Assembly (NCBI RefSeq): GCF_006345805.1 | Contig: NW_021824437.1 | Location: forward strand, 1-19,068 | DNA length: 19,068 nt | From: Octopus sinensis | Taxonomy: Eukaryota | Direction of reading: 5' to 3' | In this document: piece after piece, positions 8,851-18,512 of the stretch | How positions within the stretch are numbered: the stretch's first letter is position 1 | Layout: each line of letters starts with the position of its first letter | The notes under the pieces: model-generated | Database searches by the model: none | The model's input: the letters and a program-made list of their open reading frames with translations, nothing else | What the model was told of the DNA's origin: nothing | Position numbers and translations under genes: made by a program

Positions 8851-9252
8851 TTTCATGACAAAGAATTCATCATTGTATCTTATTACGTCATCCAAGGAAT
8901 TGAAATTTTTACCTTTAAGACTATTCTGCAGAGACCTGAATAAGTGGAAATCCGAAAGAGCAATATCTGGTGAATATGGAGGGTGGGGTAACACATCCCA
9001 GCCGAGCTGCAGCAATTTTTGTCTGGTACCTAAAGGATCAAGTGCCGAAAATGAACTTTCTTATCTTCCATTTTCAAGGGTTACAGAATTAACACAGGTT
9101 ATAGGAACATAAACCTTCTTCCACAAAAAGATAGCTTAAACTGTGCTCTAAATGGAGGTATAGTTAAATCCTATTTTATGGACTCAACCATGTTCTAAAA
9201 TAAGTCGAAAGGTAAGCTACTATAAATCGGCATGAACATCCAGACAGCCAAA
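8851..9252 (-). mobile_element. Internally deleted mariner (mellifera-like), left TIR present, right end missing
   Basis: Degenerate TIR TTTGGCTGTCTGGATGTTCATGCCGATTT (9252-9224) next to TA. N-terminus MEDKKVHFRHLIL (9071-9033) is fused out of frame to LGTRQKLLQLGWDVLPHPPYSPDIALSDFHLFRSLQNSLKGKNFNSLDDV, which carries the mariner YSPDxAxxD-FHLF signature. Confidence 0.9.
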
Positions 9253-9274
9253 TATATTTACACATATACAAATA

Positions 9275-9705
9275 TATATATATATGCATATATATATAAA
9301 TATATATGCATATATACATATATGCATAAATATGTATACATGTAGATATATATATATACATATATTAGATATATATATATATAATATATATATATATATG
9401 CATATATACATATATATGCATATATATATAAATATATATGCATATATACATATATATGCATATATATATAAATATATATGCATATATATATAAATATATA
9501 TGCATATATATATAAATATATATGCATATATACATAAATATATATGCATATATACATATATATGCATATATATATAAATATATATGCATATATATATAAA
9601 TATATATGCATATATACATATATATGCATATATACATATATATGCATATATACATATATATGCATATATATATAAATATATATGCATATATACATAAATA
9701 TATAT
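9275..9705. repeat. Palindromic minisatellite, core ATATATGCATATAT, unit 18 or 22 bp
   Basis: 18 TGCA cores counted; between 9399 and 9683 the spacing is always 18 or 22. Confidence 0.92.
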
Positions 9706-9980
9706 ACATATATTAGATATATATATACGAATGAGAAAAGAAAATGGATAAAAGTGACTCACAGATGTTATGTAATTAAAGATATTCAAATTCTTACAGC
9801 GAAATTTCTGCATTCAGTTCATTTCATCCATTTTCTGCCTTTTCTCTTTTATAAAGTTTTTTTTTAATACCTATACGTTTTCGGTGATAAAATTACTTTA
9901 GTTTTCATTGAACTCTGGCATCAACCGGAGAGCTAGGATGCTTGGATCCCTTAAGGGAATCTAGTTCCTTGTCTTAAAAA

Positions 9981-10083
9981 AGCTTGCTTACCAACCACAT
10001 GACCAAGTGTCGTCTGCTATACTCTCGGGCCGACCAAAGCCTTGTGAGTGAATTTGGTAGGCGGAAACTGAAAGAAGCTGTCG
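9981..10083 (+). mobile_element. SINE family B, 5' half only, B box deleted
   Basis: AGCTTGCTTACCAACCACATG joined directly to the CAAGTGTC...GGAAACTGAAAGAAGC segment, followed by (TA)n. The 3' half is absent. Confidence 0.85.
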
Positions 10084-10084
10084 T

Positions 10085-10126
<42 letters not shown>

Positions 10127-10128
10127 GG

Positions 10129-10164
<36 letters not shown>

Positions 10165-10180
10165 ATATAACAATATATAT

Positions 10181-10401
10181 AAAGTTAATCCAACTTGAAA
10201 AACACAATGAGAAAACACAATAACGCCAGGACGTGGAACAACATAGTGTTATAGGACGCTCAGGAAGGAAAGGAAGAAGGAGGGTTTTACGTTTCGAGGG
10301 GAGCTCTTCGTCAGAAACATAGGGAAAGGAAAGATCCCGAGAAGAGAAGACGGAGGAAAAAATATCGCCAACGGTACACACGCGGTCACATTTTGAATGA
10401 C
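10181..10401 (-). mobile_element. Penelope-like element terminal repeat (pLTR) fragment, copy 1
   Basis: 221 bp homologous to 18200-18420 (roughly 80% by eye). Contains a hammerhead core and abuts (TA)n at its 3' end. Confidence 0.75.
10284..10318 (-). ncRNA. Minimal type I hammerhead ribozyme
   Basis: RNA: GUUU-CUGACGA-A-GAG(CUCCC)CUC-GAA-ACGU-A^AAAC. Full catalytic core, stem I GUUU/AAAC, stem II GAG/CUC, loopless palindromic stem III ACGU. Predicted cut between 10288 and 10287. Confidence 0.8.
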
Positions 10402-10736
10402 CGGAAGGAATATATATGTATATATAAATTTAAAATAATAATATTAGGGAGTAAATCCAAACTGACAGGGGAAAATTAGATTTAGGATTAAATCTAATTT
10501 TATAGTATGAATATATAAATTAAATTAGAGATAAAACCACTAATAAGCAAATCAAACAGTGAAAATCACAAACCAATACATAGAAATAAAATTAATTAAT
10601 AAAAAATATATAAAATTCAAAATTTAAATTATTTAAATTTAAATTAACTTATAAATTTTCTACATTATATTATAATAGAATATATATATATCTATATTAT
10701 TATTATCATTATCATTATTATTATTTTAAATATATA

Positions 10737-11163
10737 AGGAGTGCTGTGTGGTAAGTAGCTTGTTTACCAACCACATGCTTCCGGTTCAGCCCACTGCGCG
10801 GCATTGGGCAAGTGTCTTCTGCTATAGCCCCGGGCCGACCAAAGCCTTGTGAGTGGATTTGGTAGACGGAAACTGAAAGAAGCCCGTCGTATATATATAT
10901 ATATATATATATACTATATATATATATATATTATATGCGTGTGTGTGTTTGTGTGTCTGTGTTGTTTCCCCCCTAGCATTGCTTTACAACCGATGCTGGT
11001 GTGTTTATGTCCCCGTTACTTAGCGGTTCGGCACAAAGAGACCGATAGAATAAGTACTGGGCTTACAAAAGAATAAGTCCTGGGGTCGAGTTGCCCGATT
11101 AAAGGCGGTGCTCCAGCATGGCCGCAATCAAATGACTGGAAACAAGTAAAAGAGTAAAGAGTA
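10737..11163 (+). mobile_element. SINE family B, full length
   Basis: Same head / CORE-like / (TA)n(TG)n / tail layout as 4032-4466; ends GTAAAAGAGTAAAGAGTA. Confidence 0.92.
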
Positions 11164-11206
11164 TAACAGTGTGTCTATGTTTGTTTCTCCCTACTGTCAC
11201 TTGATA

Positions 11207-11828
11207 ACCGGCACCCAAGTGTACGAGTGGTTCAGACGTTTCCAAGGTAACCGAAAAAAAAATGGCGATATTGACGAACGTTCCGAAAGATCCGCAACCA
11301 GCAGAACTGTGAAAAACATTGCAGATGTGCATGCAGCTGATGGGGAAATCGTTGAATCACCATCTGTGAGTTATCAGAGGATGTGCAGATTAGTAACGGT
11401 TCAGTCCAGTCCATTATCACTGAAGATCTGAGTATGAGACACGTGTCTGCCAAGTTTGGGCTGAAACTGTTTTCAGCTGACCAAAGAATACACTCCGGTT
11501 TCAGCTGCAGATCTCCTTGATTGTGTTGAGAACGATGAAAACTTTCCCACACACTTTGCGTAGACCACTGAGCAGGCATCTCCAAGATTTTGCCAAAATT
11601 TGGTGCAGACTCTAAGCTCAACTTTCTCTGTCATTGTCAATCCGACGATCATACGCTACACACCTTCCTTCCAAGCACTGCTCTGAATAGCGGAAATGAG
11701 CTGGAACGTTAAAACCTAGAGCGCATGCACAGTAGTGTTCGAGGTCAATCTGTGCCAAGCGGCCATACTCTTCGTGCTTTAACTTCGTTACTATAGCAAC
11801 AATCTGGATAATTATTGATCAGATCACG
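11207..11828 (+). mobile_element. Non-autonomous mariner copy 2 (5'-truncated): transposase fragment plus inverted left arm
   Basis: TQVYEWFRRFQ...NRRITICELSEDVQISNGSVQSIITEDLSMRHVSAKF...LLDCVENDENF (frameshifted), then the inverted arm 11554-11828 ending GATCAGATCACG|TA. Confidence 0.9.
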
Positions 11829-11834
11829 TATATA

Positions 11835-12058
11835 TCTGTTTTTGTGTGTTTCCTTGGGTTAGGTTCCCCGCCAACGCTTGACGACCGATGGTGATGTACT
11901 TACGTCCACTCACTTAGCGGTTCGGCAATAGAAACCGAAAGATTACGTATCAGAACTAGAAAAACATGCGTAGTCAGGTCTATTCATTTGACGAAAGTCC
12001 AAGGTGGTGCCCCAGCATGGCCACCGTCTATTGATTGAAACGAGTAACAGTAAAAGAG
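11835..12058 (+). mobile_element. Older, diverged SINE-B-like 3' half
   Basis: CGCTTGACGACCGATGG, CTTAGCGGTTCGGCAA, AAGGTGGTGCCCCAGCATGGCC and GTAAAAGAG match the family B tail. Confidence 0.75.
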
Positions 12059-12065
12059 GTATGCA

Positions 12066-12790
12066 TGTGTGTGTGTGTGTGTGTGTGTGTGTTAGTGTTG
12101 GTGTGTGTGTGTATGTTAGTATCGGTGTGTGTGTGTATGTTAGTATCGGTGTGTGTGTGTATGTTAGTATCGGTGTGTGTGTGTGTTAGTGTCTGTGTGT
12201 GTGTGTGTTAGTGTTGGTGTGTGTGTGTATGTTAGTATCGGTGTGTGTGTGTATGTTAGTATCGGTGTGTGTGTGTATGTTAGTATCGGTGTGTGTGTGT
12301 ATGTTAGTATCGGTGTGTGTGTGTGTTAGTGTCAGTGTGTGTGTGTGTGTGTTAGTGTTGGTGTGTGTGTGTGTGTGTTAGTGTTGGTGTGTGTGTGTGT
12401 GTTAGTGTTGGTGTGTGTGTGTATGTTAGTATCGGTGTGTGTGTGTATGTTAGTATCGGTGTGTGTGTGTGTTAGTGTCAGTGTGTGTGTGTGTGTGTTA
12501 GTGTTTGGTGTGGTGTTGTGTGTTAGTGTTGGTGTGTGTGGTGTGTGTTAGTATCGGTGTGGTGTGTATGTTGTATCGGTGTGTGTGTGTATGTTAGTAT
12601 CGGTGGTGTTAGTGTTAGTGTCAGTGTGTGTTTAGTGTTAGTGTCGTGTGTGTTAGTGTTGGTGTGTGTGTGTATGTTAGTATCGGTGTGTGTGTGTATG
12701 TTAGTATCGGTGTGTGTGTGTGTTAGTGTCAGTGTATGTGTGTGTGTGTTAGTGTCAGTGTGTGTGTTGTGTGTTAGTGTCCTGTGTGGT
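12066..12790. repeat. GT-derived minisatellite domain 1, ~22-bp unit (TTAGTATCGG/TTAGTGTTGG/TTAGTGTCAG + GT run)
   Basis: Read directly. Confidence 0.93.
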
Positions 12791-12794
12791 GTGT

Positions 12795-14633
12795 GAGTGA
12801 GTGTCGGTGTATGTGTGTGTGAGAGTCGATGTATGTGTGTGTCGGTGTGTGTGTGTGTCGGTGTGTGTGTGTGTGAGTGTCGGTGTGTGTGTGAGTGTCG
12901 GTGTGTGTATGTGTGAGTGTCGGTATGTGTATGTGTGAGTGTCGGTATGTGTATGTGTGAGTGTCGGTATGTGTATGTGTGAGTGTCGGTATGTGTATGT
13001 GTGAGTGTCGGTATGTGTATGTGTGAGTGTCGGTATGTGTATGTGTGAGTGTCGGTATGTGTATGTGTGAGTGTCGGTATGTGTATGTGTGAGTGTCGGT
13101 ATGTGTGTGTGTGAGTGTCGGTATGTGTGTGTGTGAGTGTCGGTATGTGTGTGTGTGAGTGTCGGTATGTGTGTGTGTGAGTGTCGGTATGTGTGTGTGT
13201 GAGTGTCGGTATGTGTGTGTGTGAGTGTCGGTATGTGTCTGTGTGAGTGTCGGTATGTGTCTGTGTGAGTGTCGGTATGTGTCTGTGTGAGTGTCGGTAT
13301 GTGTCTGTGTGAGTGTCGGTATGTGTCTGTGTGAGTGTCGGTATGTGTGTGTGTGAGTGTCGGTATGTGTGTGTGTGAGTGTCGGTATGTGGTGTGTGAG
13401 TGTCGGTATTGTGTGTGTGAGTGTCGGTATGTGTCTGTGTGAGTGTCGGTATGTGTCTGTGTGAGTGTCGGTATGTGTCTGTGTGAGTGTCGGTATGTGT
13501 CTGTGTGAGTGTCGGTATGTGTCTGTGTGAGTGTCGGTATGGTGTCTGTGTGAGTGTCGGTATGTGTGTTGTGAGTGTCGTATGTGTGTGTGAGTGTCGG
13601 TATTGTGTGTGTGAGTTCGGTATGTGTGGTGTGTGAGTGTCGGTATGTGTGTGTGTGAGTGTCGGTATGTGTCTGTGTGAGTGTCGGTAGTGTGTGTGTG
13701 AGTGTCGGTATGTGTCTGTGTGAGTGTCGGTATGTGTGTGGTGTGAGTGTCGGTATGTGTCTGTGTGAGTGTCGGTATGTGTGTGTGTGAGTGTCGGTAT
13801 GTGTGTGTGTGAGTGTCGGTATGTGTGTGTGTGAGTGTCGGTATGTGTGTGTGAGTGTCGGTATGTGTGTGTGTGAGTGTCGGTATGTGTGTGTGTGAGT
13901 GTCGTATGTGTTGTGTGTGAGTGTCGGTATGTGTCTGTGTGAGTGTCGGTATGTGTGTGTGAGTGTCGGTATGTGTGTGTGTGAGTGTCGGTATGGTGTG
14001 TGTGGAGTGTCGGTATGTGTGTGTGTGAGTGTCGGTATGTGTCTGTGTGAGTGTCGGTATGTGTGTGTGAGTGTCGGTATGTGTGTGTGTGAGTGTCGGT
14101 ATGTGTGGTGTGTGAGTGTCGGTATGTGGTGTGGTGAGTGTCGGTATGTGTCTGTGTGAGTGTCGGTATGTGTGTGTGTGAGTGTCGGTATGTGTGTGAG
14201 TGTCGTATGTGTGTGTGAGTGTCGGTAGTGTGTGTGTGAGTGTCGGTGGGGTGTATGTGTGAAGTGTCGGTGTGTGTGTGTGAGTGTCGGTGTGTGTATG
14301 TGTGAGTGTCGGTATGTGTATGTGTGAGTGTCGGTATGTGTATGTGTGATGGGTCGGTATGGTATGTGTGAGTGTCGGTATGTGTGTGTGTGAGTGTCGG
14401 TATGTGTGTGTGTGAGTGTCGGTATGTGTATGTGTGAGTGTCGGTATGTGTATGTGTGAGTGTCGGTATGTGTATGTGTGAGTGTCGGTATGTGTATGTG
14501 TGAGTGTCGGTATGTGTATGTGTAAGTGTCGGTATGTGTATGTGTAAGTGTCGGTATGTGTGTGTGTGAGTGTCGGTATGTGTGTGTGTGAGTGTCGGTA
14601 TGTGTGTGTGTGAGTGTCGGTATGTGTGTGTGA
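12795..14633. repeat. GT-derived minisatellite domain 2, ~22-bp unit GAGTGTCGGTATGTGT(G/A/C)TGTGT, roughly 85 units
   Basis: Read directly. Source of the 713-aa and 628-aa pseudo-ORFs. Confidence 0.97.
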
Positions 14634-14748
14634 AGTCATACTCAAACATATGTACATCACTCAAAAATTTTTAAGTTAACGCGGTATTTTATAAAGTATA
14701 ACACACAAACTCATACGGATACACACATGCTCCCCCATAAATATATAT

Positions 14749-15143
14749 TACTCTCTTTTACTCTTTTACTTGTTTCAGTCATTTGGCTGTGGCCATGCTG
14801 GAGCACCGCCTTTTAGTCGAGCAAATCGACCCCGGTACTTATTCTATCGATCTCTTTTGCCGAACCGCTAAGTGACGGGGACGTAAACACACCAGCATCT
14901 GTTGTCAAGCAATGCTAGGGGGACAAACACAAACATACACACACACATATATATTTATATATATATATATATACATACATATATACGACAGGCTTCTTTC
15001 AGTTTCCGTCAACCAAATCCACTCACAAGCCATTGGTCGGCCTGGGGCTATATTAGAAGACACTTGCCCAAGATGCCACGCAGTGGGACTGAACCAGGAG
15101 CCATGTGGTTGGTTAGCAAGCTACTTACCACACAGCCACTCCT
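14749..15143 (-). mobile_element. SINE family B, full length, small deletion in tail
   Basis: Reverse complement of the family B layout. The segment between the two GAATAAGT direct repeats of the tail is deleted. Confidence 0.92.
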
Positions 15144-15614
15144 CTCTCTCTCTCTATATATATATATCCCCACAAAAGCAGCGTATAAATTATAGACGCA
15201 TGCAAATAAAACGGACACATATGCACACACGTACTTATTAAACATGGCGGCATTAAATTAGGCTTGGTTCAGAAAGGCCAAGCGAACATCGGTCCCTCCT
15301 ATGCTTTGATTCACATTCACACACACACGTGTAAACAGATATTAACCCACATAGATACACGTAGACACATACACAAACACATATGTATCGCAGACAAACC
15401 TAAAGAAACGTCCAGCGTGTATACTTACGCATTCACATATACACTCTCAAAGAGATATTTACGCACAAAAGGGCCACTTCAGCTGTAGGTAACAAATTAA
15501 CTGGTTTACAAATATATACATACATTTGTATTAAACACGCCTTAAGGAGATCGGCTTTTCGTGGATATATAAATCTACATAACAGAATACATACACACAC
15601 CCAGGTATACACTG

Positions 15615-15655
<41 letters not shown>

Positions 15656-15830
15656 AATATACATATATATAAATATACTCACATATATAGACAAACACAC
15701 ACACACATATATATACACATACATGTATGTATGTGTACACATAAATTACATACATAATATAATTAATTAATAAGGGTGAGAGAATTAGATACTAATTTAA
15801 TAGTATATTTATTCAACACCAAGTGGCCGA

Positions 15831-15896
<66 letters not shown>

Positions 15897-16127
15897 TACA
15901 TATATATGCACGTATGCATATATATGGTCATCTTCAAAATGGCGCCGCATGAAGGCTCTTGTAATAATTGGCAACGCAAGAAAGTCTATACATATATATA
16001 TACATATATACATGTATAAATATACATATAAATATATACAAAGGGAAGATACACACGCACGTGCGTGCGTATATATATACACACGTTTGTGTGTATCTTC
16101 CCTGTGTATATATATCTATATTTTACA

Positions 16128-16171
<44 letters not shown>

Positions 16172-16205
16172 TGGTCACATATGTGCGTGTCTATATATGT
16201 ATATA

Positions 16206-16593
16206 CTAGCAGTATCGCCCGGCGTTGCTCGGGTTCGTAAATGAAATAACTATATAAGCATTTTTAGAGAGTTATAGCCAAAAAATAGCAAAAAATGCAT
16301 TAAAAATGGGAAAAAATTATGGTAATTTTTTTTTTAATCGTTGACTCATCGTAGACATTTTTAGAGAGTTACTTCCCTTATATAATAGCGAAAAAATGCA
16401 TTAAAATGGAAAAAAATTATGGTAAATTTTTTTTCAAATCGTAGACGCGCGCTAATACCCAGAAGGGCTCGATATGAATCACGACTATAAGATACCCGAA
16501 TTTGGTTAAACTGCACCGCAAAATGTGGGAGTAGTTAGGAATCTAAATCGAAGGGGACAGACACTCACACAACTACAGTTTTATATATATAGA
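16206..16593 (-). mobile_element. Complete 388-bp non-autonomous Helitron
   Basis: Minus strand: host A | TCTATATATATAAAAC ... hairpin CCCGA-GCAACG-CCGGG (16233-16218) ... CTAG | host T. No TSD. Internal ~97-bp tandem duplication (16259-16355, 16356-16446). Confidence 0.88.
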
Positions 16594-16667
16594 TATGCTA
16601 CTTTATAGGCAGAAAGTTACATAATGTCTGATGGATACAAAGTCTCGTGCATGCCATTTATCAAACT

Positions 16668-17610
16668 ATCTATCTACCTATCTATCTATCAATCTATATG
16701 CATGTGCCATACATATATATATATACACATATATACATACATATATACACATATATACATACATATATACACATATATACATACATATACATACATATTT
16801 ATTCATACATATACACATATATACATACACATTTATTCATACATATACACATATATACATACACATACATACATACATATACATATATATATACATACAT
16901 ATACATATATACATACATATACATATATATACATACATATACATATATATACATACATATGCATATATATACATACATATACATATACATATATATACAT
17001 ATATATACATACATATGCATATATATACATACATATACATATACATATATATACATACATATACATATATATATATATACATACATATACATATATATAT
17101 ATAATACATACATATACATATATATATATACATACATATACATATATATATATAACATACATATACATAATATATATAACAGATACATATACATACATAT
17201 ATATATACATACATATACATACATATATATAATACATACATATACATACATATAATAATATATATATATACTACATATACATACATACATTATATATATA
17301 CATATACCATATATACATACATATATATACATATACATATACATACATATACTACATATATATACATACATACACATATACATACATATACATACATATA
17401 TATACATACATATGCATACATATACATACATACATATGCATACATATACATACATACACATATACATACATATATATATATATATATATGCATACATATA
17501 CATACATACATATACATACATACATATACATACATACATATACATACATACATATACATACATACATATACATACATACACATATACATGCATATATATA
17601 TATATATGTA
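16668..17610. repeat. (TATC)n followed by ~900 bp of compound (CATA)/(TA) microsatellite
   Basis: Read directly. Confidence 0.95.
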
Positions 17611-17817
17611 GGCGCGCAGAAATGCAAAATTTCATTTGTGTAAATTTATACACGCAAATTTTTAAAAAATGAGACACGGAAATACGTCAGATTTGCCGGG
17701 AGCATGTATAGGAACAAGAGAAAAACGCAGGTGTATCAAATGCTACATAACAAAAATTCCTCATTTCTCAAAAATCTTCTCATAATAATCGGATGGCGAA
17801 CGAGACCCAGCTGTATA

Positions 17818-18156
17818 CGTCGTCAGATCAATAAACATCCGGGACTGTTGCCATAGTAACGAAGCTAAAGCCCGCAGAGGAAAGCCGCTTGTGCGCAGAT
17901 TAACCTTGAACTCTGCTCTGTATCTGCTTTAAGTTTTAACGTTCCAGTTCACTTGAGCTATTTATAGCAGTGCTTGGAAGGAAGGTGTGTAACGTGTGAT
18001 TGTCGCATTGAGAATGATAGTGAACGTTGGGCAGAGAATCTGCCTCAAATTTTACCAAAACCTTGGCGATATCTACTCATAGGTCTACGCAAAGTGTTTG
18101 GGAAAGTTTTCATCGCTCTCAACACAATCAAGGAGATCTTCTGCAGCTGAAACCCG

Positions 18157-18158
<2 letters not shown>
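17818..18158 (-). mobile_element. Non-autonomous mariner copy 3 (opposite orientation), truncated at (TA)n
   Basis: TA|CGTCGTCAGATCAATAAACATCCGG terminus. Arm 17818-18094, then the reverse complement of the LLDCVExDENF segment: the same junction as in copies 1 and 2. Confidence 0.9.
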
Positions 18159-18199
<41 letters not shown>

Positions 18200-18202
<3 letters not shown>

Positions 18203-18420
18203 GTTAATCCAAACATGAAAACACGAAGAAAAAACACAACAACGCGAGGACGTGGAACAAGTGTAGCGTTATTGGACGCTCAGGAAAGGAAGAAAGGATG
18301 AGGATTTAACGTTTCAAGCTGAGCTCTTCGTCAGAAACATAGAAAAAGGAAAGGTCCAAGGAAGGAAGACGGAGAAAGAAAAATCGCCACCGATACACAC
18401 GCGGTCACATATTGAATGAC
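18200..18420 (-). mobile_element. Penelope-like element terminal repeat (pLTR) fragment, copy 2
   Basis: Homologous to 10181-10401, contains a hammerhead, 3' end abuts (TA)n, lies 92 bp from a PLE ORF remnant. Confidence 0.8.
18304..18338 (-). ncRNA. Minimal type I hammerhead ribozyme
   Basis: RNA: GUUU-CUGACGA-A-GAGC(UCA)GCUU-GAA-ACGU-U^AAAU. Core intact, stems I and II kept with G-U wobbles. Predicted cut between 18308 and 18307. Confidence 0.8.
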
Positions 18421-18434
18421 ATACATACACACAC

Positions 18435-18475
<41 letters not shown>

Positions 18476-18512
18476 ATATATATATATATATATTATATAT
18501 ATATATGTATGT

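Noticed and set aside
10402-10736. Extremely AT-rich stretch as a continuation of the PLE or an organellar insert
   Set aside because: Homology with the second PLE terminus stops at 10401 and no recognisable gene or RNA motif is present; left unassigned.
11232-11621. 129-aa minus-strand ORF
   Set aside because: It is the antisense/inverted-arm reading of mariner copy 2, not an independent gene.
12066-12790. GTTAG cores as degenerate telomeric repeat
   Set aside because: No TTAGGG or TTAGG units; the core is homologous to the neighbouring TGAGTGTCGG minisatellite.
12523-14664. 713-aa and 628-aa ORFs, the longest in the window
   Set aside because: They are minisatellite translations with no non-repetitive domain.
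15199-15206. Octamer motif ATGCAAAT (also near 3894)
   Set aside because: An AT-rich 8-mer expected by chance; no associated snRNA or promoter structure.
16624-17677. Many overlapping Y/I/H/T/C-rich ORFs (also at 3307-3846, 4327-5470, 6186-6921, 9176-9813, 15433-16240)
   Set aside because: They are TA/CA microsatellite artefacts.
17800-17830. Other CUGANGA cores (minus strand at ~17820, ~7110, ~6990; plus strand at ~11420)
   Set aside because: No stem II followed by GAAA and NUH, so they are not hammerheads.
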